Below are positions 30,027 to 40,018 of a stretch of DNA of 64,000 nt, piece by piece. The notes beneath the pieces were generated by a model that was not told the origin of the DNA, did not search any database, and saw only the letters and a list, made by a program, of their open reading frames with translations. The number at the start of each line of letters is the position of its first letter. Position 1 is the first letter of the stretch. Made by a program: the position numbers and the translations under genes. Source of the DNA: Alphaproteobacteria bacterium (GTDB taxonomy: Bacteria; Pseudomonadota; Alphaproteobacteria; UBA828); the NCBI GenBank assembly GCA_965237415.1, contig CBDEFM010000002.1, positions 704,001-768,000 of the forward strand. Reading direction: 5' to 3'.

Positions 30027-31088
30027 TCACGTTGAGATGGAGGGCATTTCTCGACCTTTCAGGTGGCCCAGCAGGGTTTCGGCCCGCTGACGCTTCTCCT
30101 CGTCCGGATCGCGCTGCACGATGCGCAGCAGCGCGTCGCGCGCCGTGACATCGCCGCTCTCCGCCATGTCGAACGCCATTCGGTCGCGCCGTTCGTAATG
30201 GCTGCGATCGAATGCCACGACGTTGGGAGAGAGAGCTTCCCAGTAGTATTTCTGATCGTCGGAGGACCAGCCCGCATAGACCTCTTCCCACGTCCCGCAG
30301 CCGGAATAGGGGCACATGTTGGTCTCGGCGACGGGTTGGCTCGCCGGCTGGTAGCGGGCATCGAAAGACTGCCGTATCTCGGTTGAACGATTAGGCAGTG
30401 CGCGATGCACCGTGGTATCCGAGAAGATCAGCACGTCCCCCGCCTCGAACGAGCCGGTCACCCACCGGCCGGGGATCGGTACGCAGATGTCCATCCCGCC
30501 GGCGCCGCTGCCGACCTTGGTGTCCAGCACGCCTGCCAGGTGCGAGCCGGCCGCCACCGCCAACGCTCCCTTGTCTCTCGGGCAGTCGCCCAGCGGGATC
30601 CACATTGCGTGACTGGTCGCGCCACCGATGTGGACCTTGTCCTGATGCGCGCCGGTGGTGAAATCGAAGCTCTCGCTTTGAGGGAAGATGTTGCGTTGGA
30701 CGAACATCGGATGCGCCAGGGCGGGCTCGCCGAAGATCCCGTCGAAGAGCGCCAGCACGGCCGGGTGGGTCCTGAGCCGGTGCAGTGCCTCATCGGCCCA
30801 GATGCCGCGAAACACTCTCATGTAGGGTTCTTCGGGGTCCTTGCAGGACGCGGCGGGATTGGCGATGCCATCCTCGATCGGACGATCCGGGTTGAGCCAG
30901 CCCTCCGCCGCCGCCTTCTCCAGCAGACGTCGGCGAACCTCCAGCACGGCGTCGCGCGGCAATAGCCCGCGCAGGAACAGATAGCCGTCGCGTCGGAGCC
31001 GCCCGGCCAGGGCCGGACCGTTGCCGATGAGATCGGTCGAATCGAGAAAGCTGCGCTCCACGTCCACCGCCGCTGCTCCTGTCCGCAC
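30027..31088 (-). CDS. PhyH-family dioxygenase
   Basis: RDGYLFLRG, HQD, WIPLGD, VHRALPN..RQSFDARY. Confidence 0.88.
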   Translation of the reverse strand: MRTGAAAVDVERSFLDSTDLIGNGPALAGRLRRDGYLFLRGLLPRDAVLEVRRRLLEKAAAEGWLNPDRPIEDGIANPAASCKDPEEPYMRVFRGIWADEALHRLRTHPAVLALFDGIFGEPALAHPMFVQRNIFPQSESFDFTTGAHQDKVHIGGATSHAMWIPLGDCPRDKGALAVAAGSHLAGVLDTKVGSGAGGMDICVPIPGRWVTGSFEAGDVLIFSDTTVHRALPNRSTEIRQSFDARYQPASQPVAETNMCPYSGCGTWEEVYAGWSSDDQKYYWEALSPNVVAFDRSHYERRDRMAFDMAESGDVTARDALLRIVQRDPDEEKRQRAETLLGHLKGREMPSIST

Positions 31089-31184
31089 CGATCGCGAGAG
31101 TGCGGGAGACGGAAGGGCGGCGTCAAGGCGGCCCCGGCCGACGGCCGACGGTCACATCTCCGGGTGCGGGTGCTGTGGGAGCGC

Positions 31185-31976
31185 CTATTCGAGGATCAAT
31201 TCCTCGATCATCACCGGAAGACCCGCGGTCAGCCCGCCGTCGACCACCAGGTTGGCACCGTTGACGAAGGCCGCCTCGTCGGCGGCGACGAAGGCGACGG
31301 CGGCGGCGATATCGTCGGGCCGGCCGACGCGGCCAACCGGATACCAGCGCGCGAGCTGCTCGAAGATCTTCGGGTTCTTCTCCCGGCGGATGCGCCAGGT
31401 CTCGATGTCGGTCTCCACCGTGCCGGGCGAGACCATGTTGGCACGGATGCCCTTGGGCCCGTACTCCACCGCGAGCGAGCGGGTGAAACTGAGCAGCCCG
31501 GCCTTGGCGGCGCTGTAGGCCGGGTTGCCGAGCGCCATCAGGCCGTTGACCGAGCCGATGTTGACGATGGCGCCGGCGCCGCGCGCGACCATGCCGGGCA
31601 GGACCGCCTTGGCGCAGACGAACTGGCCGTCAAGGTCGATTGCGAGCTCGGCCTGCCAGTCAGCGAGTTCGGTGCTCTCCAGGTCGCCCTTGAGCGCCCA
31701 GGCCGCGTTGTTGACCAGCACGTCGGGGGCACCGATGGCATCCGTCATCGTCTTCAGCGCAGCTGCGACCGAGTCGGGGTCCGTGATCTCGGCCGTGAGC
31801 GCGATTCCACGTGCGCCGGCGGCCTCGATCCGCTGAGCCGTATCTGCCGCCGCGTCGCCCCTCCGGTCGAGCACACCAACCGCCGCACCCTCGAACGCCA
31901 GCCGCTCGGCAATCGCGCCGCCGATGCCGCCGCCCCCGCCGGTGATAAGTGCGGACCTTCCCAAGAAACGCATCAT
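31185..31976 (-). CDS. SDR oxidoreductase
   Basis: TGGGGGIG, NNAA, YSAAK; start 31976 overlaps upstream stop. Confidence 0.9.
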   Translation of the reverse strand: MMRFLGRSALITGGGGGIGGAIAERLAFEGAAVGVLDRRGDAAADTAQRIEAAGARGIALTAEITDPDSVAAALKTMTDAIGAPDVLVNNAAWALKGDLESTELADWQAELAIDLDGQFVCAKAVLPGMVARGAGAIVNIGSVNGLMALGNPAYSAAKAGLLSFTRSLAVEYGPKGIRANMVSPGTVETDIETWRIRREKNPKIFEQLARWYPVGRVGRPDDIAAAVAFVAADEAAFVNGANLVVDGGLTAGLPVMIEELILE

Positions 31977-33175
31977 GGCGACTCCTCCAGCACGGCGAGC
32001 GCATCGCGCACCCGATCGAGGGCCGAGAGCGCGATGTGCCCGTAGTTGTAAAACGCGATGCCCGAGAGCCCGCTTGCCCGCAGCGCACGCGCGGCAGCAA
32101 CGGTTTCCGCGCCGCTCGCGAGATCGGGATAGGCCGGCCGCAGGATGTAGGTGATCCGCGCGTCCGCGCCTGCACGCCGGCGCACGTCGCTGGCGTCGAG
32201 CGCAACCGCCGCCGCGCTCGCCTCGTAGGCCGGAACTTCCAGCGTATCCGCCACCTCGGCAAGCAGCCGCAGATCCGTTCCTTCCGACCAGGCCGCCGCC
32301 GTCGGCCGCTGTACCGTCGGGATCACCGCGAGCTTGGTCTCCTTGGGCAGCGCCGCGCGGACCTCTGCCACCAGGTCGGCCACGAGCTGACAGCGCCAAC
32401 TCAGGAAGACGGCCCACTCCGGATCCGCGATCAGGTCCGCGATCCACCACTCGGCAGCGATGTGGTCGGGCACCGGCTCCGGCCGGGCAAAGAACGCATC
32501 GAGCGCCGCGCAGGCCTGCCAGCGAAGCCGCTCGGCGTCGATGCCGCGCGCCTCCGCCGCTACGATTGTGCCTTCGGAGAAGCAGAGCCCGAGCAGCCAG
32601 CCGGCCCATCGGTTCATCGGCAGCAGGAAAAACTCGTGGTGGAAGCCATGATCGAAGGGTAGAAATCCGGGGGTTTCCAGCGCCAGCCCGTCGAGCTCGT
32701 AGCGCTCGGCCATATCGGTGCAGAGCGTCACGACGTAGCGGCGCACCTCCTCGTAGGCCGGGCATAGGCTGTAGACGTAGGAATCGCCGTAGCAGTTGCG
32801 CACCGTGAATTCGGGGTGGCGCATGCCCAATGGCGTGTTGTGCAGGCACACGGTCCAGGCGACGCGCCCCATATCGGGCGCCTCCGCCGCAAGCTCGGCG
32901 AACGTGTCCCGCTCGGTCGCGAGTTTGCTCTGGATCGGCTTGATGGCGCCGTAGCGGTCCATGCGCGGGCGCACATAGACGGTTCCATCCTCGGGAAAAT
33001 AGACGCGCCCCGCCGGCGCATGGGGGCGCAGGAACTTGCCGGCATGGTAGCTCGCTGCCAGCGTGACCGTGTTGATGCCGCAAACGCGCATGCGGCCCGT
33101 GGCGGTGCTGATCCCCTCGTCAACCAGGTCCCAAGGGTACGTGTACATGCCCTTGTACACAGACGCACCTCCCAT
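31973..33175 (-). CDS. Hypothetical protein, possible glycoside-hydrolase-like TIM barrel
   Basis: Long ORF coupled to SDR; YPWD, LAASYH, LCP, LETPGF motifs. Confidence 0.65.
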   Translation of the reverse strand: MGGASVYKGMYTYPWDLVDEGISTATGRMRVCGINTVTLAASYHAGKFLRPHAPAGRVYFPEDGTVYVRPRMDRYGAIKPIQSKLATERDTFAELAAEAPDMGRVAWTVCLHNTPLGMRHPEFTVRNCYGDSYVYSLCPAYEEVRRYVVTLCTDMAERYELDGLALETPGFLPFDHGFHHEFFLLPMNRWAGWLLGLCFSEGTIVAAEARGIDAERLRWQACAALDAFFARPEPVPDHIAAEWWIADLIADPEWAVFLSWRCQLVADLVAEVRAALPKETKLAVIPTVQRPTAAAWSEGTDLRLLAEVADTLEVPAYEASAAAVALDASDVRRRAGADARITYILRPAYPDLASGAETVAAARALRASGLSGIAFYNYGHIALSALDRVRDALAVLEESP

Positions 33176-33217
33176 GCCGCGCTAGCGACGCGGCCATCAT
33201 GCTGACCGGCGCGCGGG

Positions 33218-33775
33218 TCAGTTGAGCCGGTCGCGGACCTCCTGGATCGACTCTTCGATCATGCGGTCGGCGCGGTCTTCGTCGATCGTTTCGCTCATGA
33301 GACGGCGCGCGGCCTCGATGGCCAGCACTGCGGCGGTCTGCCGCACTTCCCGCATCGCCTCTTCCTCGGCGCGGGCGATGCGCTGCTCGGCAAGCGCGGC
33401 GCGGCGCTTCATCGTCTCCTCGAGCGAAGCCCGAGCCTCCGCCGCGTGGCGCTCGGCCTCCGCCTTGGCATGCTCCACCATGAGGCGGGCCTCTTCTTCG
33501 GCCTCCTGGCGCTTGCGCTCGTGCTCCGCGAGCAGCGCCTGGGCCTCGGCGCGAAGCGCCGCCGCCTCGTCGAGCTCGTTCCGGATCCGATCCGCCCGCT
33601 TGTCGAGAACCTCGGTCGCCTTCTTGTAGGCGGCACGGCCGAAGGCGCCGAAGAAGGTGATGAAGGCGATGAGGATCCAGAAGTTGGCCGACTCGGTGAT
33701 CTGGCTGCCGACGACGACGAAGACGCAGGCGGCGACGATCACCCAGAACTCGGGCTTGCGGACCATCTTCTTCAT
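33218..33775 (-). CDS. atpF: ATP synthase Fo subunit b
   Basis: LDKRADRIRNELDEA coiled coil, operon position. Confidence 0.92.
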   Translation of the reverse strand: MKKMVRKPEFWVIVAACVFVVVGSQITESANFWILIAFITFFGAFGRAAYKKATEVLDKRADRIRNELDEAAALRAEAQALLAEHERKRQEAEEEARLMVEHAKAEAERHAAEARASLEETMKRRAALAEQRIARAEEEAMREVRQTAAVLAIEAARRLMSETIDEDRADRMIEESIQEVRDRLN

Positions 33776-33778
33776 GGC

Positions 33779-34270
33779 TCAGCGCCCCTCGCCCATGCTC
33801 GCCTCCACCGCCGCACGGGCGGCGGCCTCGGAGGGAGCGGTGCCGACCAGCCGTTCGGTCGCGGCCCGCGCCACGTCGCCCGCCACGTCGCGCAGACTGG
33901 CGAGCGCCTGCGCCCGCGTCTCCTGAATGCGCTCCTCCGCCTCCGCCGCCCTGGCGGCCAGATCGGCGTCGAGCTCAGCGCGCAGTGCATCCGCCTCCGC
34001 CGAGAGCTTGGCCTGGGTCTCGGCAAGTACGCCATGGGCCCTGGAGCGCGCGTCAGCCAGCGCCTCCTCATAGGCCTTGAGCGCGTCCTCGGCCTTGCCC
34101 TTGGCGCTCTCCGCGTCCGCCAGATCCTCGCTGATCTTGGATTCTCGCGCCTCGATGACGCGGCGGATCCGCGGCAGGCCCACGGACCACATGATCAGCA
34201 TGAGCACGACGAAGGTGACGACCAGCCAGAAGATCTGGGGCGCGTAGTCCCCCATCTCGAGCTGTGGCAT
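33779..34270 (-). CDS. atpF2: ATP synthase Fo subunit b'
   Basis: MPQL..QIFWL, LPRI..VIEARESKI. Confidence 0.92.
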   Translation of the reverse strand: MPQLEMGDYAPQIFWLVVTFVVLMLIMWSVGLPRIRRVIEARESKISEDLADAESAKGKAEDALKAYEEALADARSRAHGVLAETQAKLSAEADALRAELDADLAARAAEAEERIQETRAQALASLRDVAGDVARAATERLVGTAPSEAAARAAVEASMGEGR

Positions 34271-34314
34271 CGGGCGCCTCCTGCCTCCGACTCAAGCCGC
34301 CGGATGGCTGCCGA

Positions 34315-34554
34315 TCAGGAGCCGAACAGGATGATGAAGGCCATGACGAGCGCGAACAGCGCGATCGCCTCGGTCAGCGCGAAGCCCAGCAGCACGTTAC
34401 CGAACAGCTTCGGCGCCGCCGCCGGGTTGCGCCCCGCTGCGGAGACATAGTTGCCGAAGATGATGCCGATGCCGACACCGGAGCCCGCCACGCCGATCGT
34501 GGCGAGACCGCCGCCAATCAGCTGACCGAGCAGTTTCGCTGCATCTGCGTCCAT
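34315..34554 (-). CDS. atpE: ATP synthase Fo subunit c
   Basis: GVGIG, RNP, FALTEA. Confidence 0.95.
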   Translation of the reverse strand: MDADAAKLLGQLIGGGLATIGVAGSGVGIGIIFGNYVSAAGRNPAAAPKLFGNVLLGFALTEAIALFALVMAFIILFGS

Positions 34555-34613
34555 GATCCTAATTCCCTCGGTTTGTTCGGAGATTTTGGCGTGGGGGACC
34601 CGCTTCCGACCGC

Positions 34614-35387
34614 TTAGTGATGCAACTCGATCGCGTCGCGGATGTAGAGGCAGGTCAGAATGGTGAAGACGTAGGCCTGGAGCACGGCGACGAGCAGCTC
34701 GAGCCCGTAGAGCGCGACGATAAACGCGAAAGGCAGGACGCCGGCAAAGCTCAGGACGAAGACGAAGGCGCCGAACACGTGCAGGATCGAGTGCCCCGCC
34801 ATCATGTTGGCGAAAAGCCGCACGGAGAGGCTGATCGGCCGCGCCATGTATGAGATGACCTCGATCGGCACCAGCAGCGGCGCCATCCACATCGGCACGC
34901 CCGGCGGCAGGAAGAAGGTCAGGAAGCGGTGCTTGTGGATGACGATTGCGAGGATCGTCACGCCGACGAAGACCACCAGCGCGAACGCGAGCGTCACGAT
35001 GATGTGGCTGGTGAAGGTGAAGGAGTAGGGAATCAGCCCGAGCACGTTGCCGAGCAGCAAGAACATGAACAGGCTGAAGACAAACGGGAAGAACTTCTGC
35101 GCGCCGCGGCCGCCCACGATGTCGCCCAGCATTCGGGCGACCATGTCGTAGCTCATCTCCACAATGGACTGCATGCGCCCCGGCACCATGCGCCCGCGGC
35201 CCATGCCTACCGTGGTGAGCAGCGTGATGACGATCACGGTCACGCACATCATCAGCGCGGAATTGGTGAACGACGCGTCGAACCCGCCGAGGTCGATCTC
35301 GACGTAGCGGTTGATCGCAAACTGATCGAGCGGGCCGTGTTGCGCGTCGCCGTTATGACCGGCGCCACCGTTATCCGTCGTTGCCAC
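34614..35387 (-). CDS. atpB: ATP synthase Fo subunit a
   Basis: [28 protein letters not shown]. Confidence 0.96.
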   Translation of the reverse strand: MATTDNGGAGHNGDAQHGPLDQFAINRYVEIDLGGFDASFTNSALMMCVTVIVITLLTTVGMGRGRMVPGRMQSIVEMSYDMVARMLGDIVGGRGAQKFFPFVFSLFMFLLLGNVLGLIPYSFTFTSHIIVTLAFALVVFVGVTILAIVIHKHRFLTFFLPPGVPMWMAPLLVPIEVISYMARPISLSVRLFANMMAGHSILHVFGAFVFVLSFAGVLPFAFIVALYGLELLVAVLQAYVFTILTCLYIRDAIELHH

Positions 35388-35395
35388 TGGCCGTC

Positions 35396-35746
35396 CTACT
35401 CCTGGCTTCGCTCGTCCCGTTCTTCACCCCGCTCCCCCGCATCCGCGCGGGATAACGGCGTGGCCCCCATTCGTTGTGCCGCCCGAAACGCGTTCAGGAT
35501 GCCGGCCGCGATCCCCACAAAGATGAAGACCACGAACAGCCACGGCTTCGTCCCGAGCCAATCGTCGAGCAACCAGCCGATGCCGCCGCCAACGGCCAGC
35601 GTGGCCGCCATTTCGATCGCGAGGTGCAACGCTTGCCCAAGACGCGTGCCGGGCAATCGGCCACGATTGCCCGACTCGTTCCCGCCTCGGGCTTTGCGCA
35701 GCCGGGAGCCTAGTTCCTCCAGGGATGGCCGTGGTTTGTCGTCCAT
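35396..35746 (-). CDS. atpI: ATP synthase protein I (AtpZ/AtpI)
   Basis: GWLLDDWLGTKPW, first gene of Fo operon. Confidence 0.9.
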   Translation of the reverse strand: MDDKPRPSLEELGSRLRKARGGNESGNRGRLPGTRLGQALHLAIEMAATLAVGGGIGWLLDDWLGTKPWLFVVFIFVGIAAGILNAFRAAQRMGATPLSRADAGERGEERDERSQE

Positions 35747-35799
35747 GCAAACCCGCTCGGCCAGGGCGCGCGCGTGCCCCGCAGTCGAAAAGCGCCCGC

Positions 35800-35828
35800 A
35801 CCATAGGGGCTGCCCCGCCCCCTGTCAA
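35800..35828 (-). promoter_or_regulatory. Sigma70-type promoter of Fo operon
   Basis: TTGACA-N17-TATGGT on minus strand. Confidence 0.7.
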
Positions 35829-35910
35829 GCCGGTGAAGCGCCGCAGAGAGGCTCTCTAACGCATTGAAATAAGGTGGGAATATTCGATTCCGGAATTCAG
35901 ACGGGCAGGC

Positions 35911-38900
35911 TCAGGCGCTCTCCCGCAAGCGCACGGCGCGCTCCAGATCGACCGAGACGAGTTCGGAGACCCCCCGCTCCACCATGGTAACACCGAACAG
36001 CCTGTCGACACGGGCCATTGTGATGCGATGGTGGGTGACGACGATGAAGCGGGTGTCGGTCTCGCTGGCCAGTTTCGTGATGAGCGTGCAGAAGCGCTCC
36101 ACGTTGCTGTCGTCGAGCGGGGCATCGACTTCGTCGAGCACACAGATCGGCGCCGGGTTGGTGAGGAATACGCCGAAGAGCAGCGCGATGGCCGTCAGTG
36201 CCTTCTCGCCGCCGGACAGCAGCGAGAGCGATTGCGGACGCTTGCCCGGCGGGCTCGCCACGACCTCCAGACCGGCCTCCAGGGGATCGTCGGAATCGAC
36301 CAGCGCGAGATGGGCCTTGCCGCCGCCGAAGAGCTCCGTGAACAGCCGCCGGAAGTGCCCGTCGATCGCGCCGAACGCTTCGAGCATCCGCTCCCGCCCC
36401 TCGCGGTTGAGGCTGGCGATGCCGCGTCGCAGGCGCGCGATCGCCTCCAGCAGATCGGCGCGGGACTCCTGCATCTCCCGGATACGCTCGTCGAGCTCGC
36501 TCGCTTCCGCCTCTGCCCGCAGGTTCACGGCGCCGATGTTCTCTCGTTCGCGGATCAGCCGCTGAAGCTTGACCTCCACCGCTTCGGCATCGGGAAGCGC
36601 ACCCTCGGGGTCGAGGGCGGCAATCGAGTGCGCTTCTTCCGGCGCGACGCGGAGACGTTCCGTGATCTGGGCAGCGGCCAGGGTCTCCGCCTGCCCGGCC
36701 TCGGCCATGAGGCCCTCGAGCCGGGCTGCGCCCTCGCGCGCTTCGCCCAGTGCCGCCTCGGCCTGCTTGAGCGCACCCGTCGCGGCCTTCGCTTCCTGTT
36801 CGGCGGCCGCCAGCGCATCGACGGCATCGCGGTGCTCGTTCCGCGCGCTCTCGATCATGCCGAGCAATTGAGCGCGCCGCGCTTCGAGCTCAGCCGGTCG
36901 CGCGTCGAGAGCGGCGCGCGCGCTCTCGGCATCGCCCCGACGTTCGGCCAGCGCCTTCAAGCGCCGCCGCGCATTGTCCGCGCGTGACGCCCAGCTCTCG
37001 CTCTCTTGCGCCAGCTCGGCGATCCGGGCGCCGCGCCCGGCCGCCGCCTGAGCCACCCGATGGTGGCGTTGAGAGCTCTCATCGTAGCGCGCCCGAAGCC
37101 CCGCCAGGGTGGCTCGCAGAGAGGCGATCTCGTCCTCACTCCCGGCACCCTCCGTCGGCAGGGCATCGAGCGCAGCACGGGCGAGGCGTTCCGTTTCTGC
37201 GGCCTCGGCGATCTCCTGCTCAAGCCGTGCCACCGTCTCGCCGAGCGCGGAAAGGCGCGATCGCACCGCCGCCACCTCCGCAGACGCAGCCGCACGAGCC
37301 TCCCGCGCCGCACGCAGCGCCTCTGCCGTGTCGTCGGCGTGGGCACGAGCGCGAGACCAGGCGGCCTCCGACTCCACCCTGGCTGCCGCTGCCGCCGTTA
37401 CGTGTCCCTCGGCTCTGCGCTTCTCGTCTTCTGCCTGGGCGCAGGTTTCGGCCAGTGCAGCCAGCCGATTGCGTGCCTCCAGCCGGCGGGCCGCGGCCGT
37501 CGGTGCCTCGGCAGCAACTGTGTAGCCATCCCAACGCCACATCGAGCCGTCCCGGCTCACCAGGCGCTGGCCGGTGCAGAGCGAAGATTGTAAGCGGGCA
37601 CCGTCTACTTCCATCACCACCCCGATCTGCGCGAGGCGCGCCGCCAGCGTTTCAGGGGCGCGCACGGCGTCCGTCAACGGCACGGCGCCCGGCGGCAGCG
37701 CCGCAGAGTCGCTGCCCTGCGACAGCGTGCGCCAGTGCACCGGCGCGTCTTCGTTCGTGCTGGCCTGAAGATCATCGCCCAGCGCAGCGCCCACGGCGGT
37801 CTCGAATCCGGGCTTGACGGTGACCCTGTCCCACAGGGCCGAGCCGTTGCTGGCAACGGGATCGGCGAGCAACGCGGCGAGGGCCGCCCGCTCGGCCTCG
37901 CTGCCTGCAAGTGCGGCGTCGGCTTCGCGCAACGTTTCGCGGAGCGAGCGTTCGCGGCTCTCAGCCTCTGTCCGCGCCGCCTCCGCCTCGCGCAATGCCG
38001 CGCGCGCCTCCTCGAAGTGCGCGACCTGAGTGCGCTCCGCCTCCTCGGCTTCCGCCAGACGGTTGCCGGCGGGGGCCCCCTGCTCCAGCGAGGCGCGCTC
38101 CTCCTTCGCCTGCGCAAGATCGTGTTCGAGCCGCTTGCGCCGGCTCCGTGCCTCGTCGATCCGCGTGCCGAGGGCCTCGCGCTCCGCCTCGGCCCTGGCG
38201 CGGGCCTGGGCGAGCGCGGCTAGGCGCTGCTCGACCGCCTCGACCTCGGCACGCGTCTCTTCCTGAGCGGCCCGTGCCGCCGCCTCGGCAGCGGCATCGC
38301 CCTCGGCCTCTCGGGCAAGTCCCGCGCGTGCTTCGTCCAGACGGCGCCTTGTAGCCTCGGCGTCGGCGGCAAGCGCCTCTTCGCGCTCGATGTCGGCGGC
38401 GATCTGGGCGAGTCTGCCCGCAATTTGCTCGCGATCGCGAGCGAGCTGCTGCTCCTCCTCGGCCAGCCGTTCGTGCTCGATACGCAGCCGCTGCAACGCG
38501 GCGGCCCTTTTGGTTTCGTGCTGGCGCCGCTCGGGCAGCACCGCGGCAGTGTCCGCTTGGCAGCGCGCGGCATCCGCAGCGTGCTCCGTCGCCTGGGCCA
38601 CCCGGCGGGCGGCATGCTCCGCCTGGCGCGTCACCTCCTCGACGCGGGCGCGCGCCGCCATCCAACGAACGAGGAGCAGCGATGCTTCCGTCTCGCGGAT
38701 TCTCTCCGAGAGACGCCGGTAGCGCTTGGCATGGCGCGCCTGGCGCTCGAGATCGCGCAGCTGCGCCTCCAGGGTGCCGATCACGTCCTGAAGGCGCTCC
38801 AGATTCGTCTCCGCCGCCCTGAGCTTGAGCTCGGCCTCGTGCCGGCGCGCGTGCAGGCCGGTGATGCCGGCCGCCTCTTCGAGCAAAGCCCGCCGCTGTG

Positions 38901-39372
38901 CAGGCTTTGCGCCGATGATGTCGCCGATCCGCCCCTGGCCCACCAACGCCGAGCTATGTGCGCCGGTCGCGGCGTCCGCGAACAGAATATGCACGTCCCG
39001 GGCGCGGACCTCGTCGCCGTTGACGGTGTAGGCCGAACCCTCGCCACGCTCGATGCGGCGGGTTACCTCGATCTCGGCGGCATCCTCGAAGCCCAGCGGC
39101 GCGGTCCGGTCCGAATTGTCGAGGCTGAGCGTGGCTTCGGCGATGGCGTGGGCCGGGCGGCGGGAGGTGCCGCCGAAGATCACGTCCTCCATGCCGCCGC
39201 CGCGCACTTGGCGCGGCGCGGTCTCGCCCATGACCCAGCGCAGCGCTTCGACGAGGTTCGACTTGCCGCAGCCGTTGGGGCCGACGATCCCCGTCAGCCC
39301 GCGCTCGATATGCAGCTCCGTCGGTTCGACGAAGGACTTGAAGCCCGCGACTCTGAGCTTCGTTACGTGCAC
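35911..39372 (-). CDS. smc: Chromosome partition protein Smc
   Basis: GPNGCGKSN, long coiled coils, LSGGEK, LDEVDAPLD. Confidence 0.96.
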   Translation of the reverse strand: MHVTKLRVAGFKSFVEPTELHIERGLTGIVGPNGCGKSNLVEALRWVMGETAPRQVRGGGMEDVIFGGTSRRPAHAIAEATLSLDNSDRTAPLGFEDAAEIEVTRRIERGEGSAYTVNGDEVRARDVHILFADAATGAHSSALVGQGRIGDIIGAKPAQRRALLEEAAGITGLHARRHEAELKLRAAETNLERLQDVIGTLEAQLRDLERQARHAKRYRRLSERIRETEASLLLVRWMAARARVEEVTRQAEHAARRVAQATEHAADAARCQADTAAVLPERRQHETKRAAALQRLRIEHERLAEEEQQLARDREQIAGRLAQIAADIEREEALAADAEATRRRLDEARAGLAREAEGDAAAEAAARAAQEETRAEVEAVEQRLAALAQARARAEAEREALGTRIDEARSRRKRLEHDLAQAKEERASLEQGAPAGNRLAEAEEAERTQVAHFEEARAALREAEAARTEAESRERSLRETLREADAALAGSEAERAALAALLADPVASNGSALWDRVTVKPGFETAVGAALGDDLQASTNEDAPVHWRTLSQGSDSAALPPGAVPLTDAVRAPETLAARLAQIGVVMEVDGARLQSSLCTGQRLVSRDGSMWRWDGYTVAAEAPTAAARRLEARNRLAALAETCAQAEDEKRRAEGHVTAAAAARVESEAAWSRARAHADDTAEALRAAREARAAASAEVAAVRSRLSALGETVARLEQEIAEAAETERLARAALDALPTEGAGSEDEIASLRATLAGLRARYDESSQRHHRVAQAAAGRGARIAELAQESESWASRADNARRRLKALAERRGDAESARAALDARPAELEARRAQLLGMIESARNEHRDAVDALAAAEQEAKAATGALKQAEAALGEAREGAARLEGLMAEAGQAETLAAAQITERLRVAPEEAHSIAALDPEGALPDAEAVEVKLQRLIRERENIGAVNLRAEAEASELDERIREMQESRADLLEAIARLRRGIASLNREGRERMLEAFGAIDGHFRRLFTELFGGGKAHLALVDSDDPLEAGLEVVASPPGKRPQSLSLLSGGEKALTAIALLFGVFLTNPAPICVLDEVDAPLDDSNVERFCTLITKLASETDTRFIVVTHHRITMARVDRLFGVTMVERGVSELVSVDLERAVRLRESA

Positions 39373-39387
39373 GGGTTCCCGCTCCGT

Positions 39388-40008
39388 CTAGGAGCCTGAG
39401 ACAAGACGGTCAATTTGCCTGGCGAGCGCCTCGAAGCTCATCTTGCCTTCGTATTTCTCGCCATTGACGATCACCGTCGGCGTGCTGCTGACGTCGTATT
39501 CGGCCTGGGCCGATGCCATCGACTGTAAAATCGCGTTCTCGAGGCCCTTGTCCGCGAGGCAGGCCTCGAAGCGGTCCCGGCTCACGCCGCCCAGCTCGCC
39601 GATCTGCGCGAGCTTCTCCGTGTAGTCTCGTGAAGCGGCCCAGTCGTCGAAGGTCGAGAACAGGACGTCGATGAAGGCGAAATAGCGGTCCCGACCGGCG
39701 CAGTGGGAAAGCACCGCCGCCTGAAGCGCAGGCGCATTGAGCGGGAAGTCGCGGGCCACGTAGCGCACCTTCCCGGTATCCATGTAGTCCGGCTTGAGGC
39801 GGTTGAAAACGTTCTGGTGGAAATGCCGGCAGGCGGGGCACGTGAGCGACAAATACTCGATCACGGTGACCGGCGCGTCCGGGTCGCCCAGCGCCATGTC
39901 GCCCGGCCTCTCGCCGATGCCGGCGGCGCGGGCGCGCAGCACCGGCGCCAGCATGGCAACTGCCGGAATCGCCGCCATCGCTCCGATCAGGAAACGGCGC
40001 GAGATCAT
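39388..40008 (-). CDS. DsbA family protein
   Basis: Twin-arginine-like leader, CPAC, RDFPL, STPT. Confidence 0.9.
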   Translation of the reverse strand: MISRRFLIGAMAAIPAVAMLAPVLRARAAGIGERPGDMALGDPDAPVTVIEYLSLTCPACRHFHQNVFNRLKPDYMDTGKVRYVARDFPLNAPALQAAVLSHCAGRDRYFAFIDVLFSTFDDWAASRDYTEKLAQIGELGGVSRDRFEACLADKGLENAILQSMASAQAEYDVSSTPTVIVNGEKYEGKMSFEALARQIDRLVSGS

Positions 40009-40018
40009 ACCGTTAACC

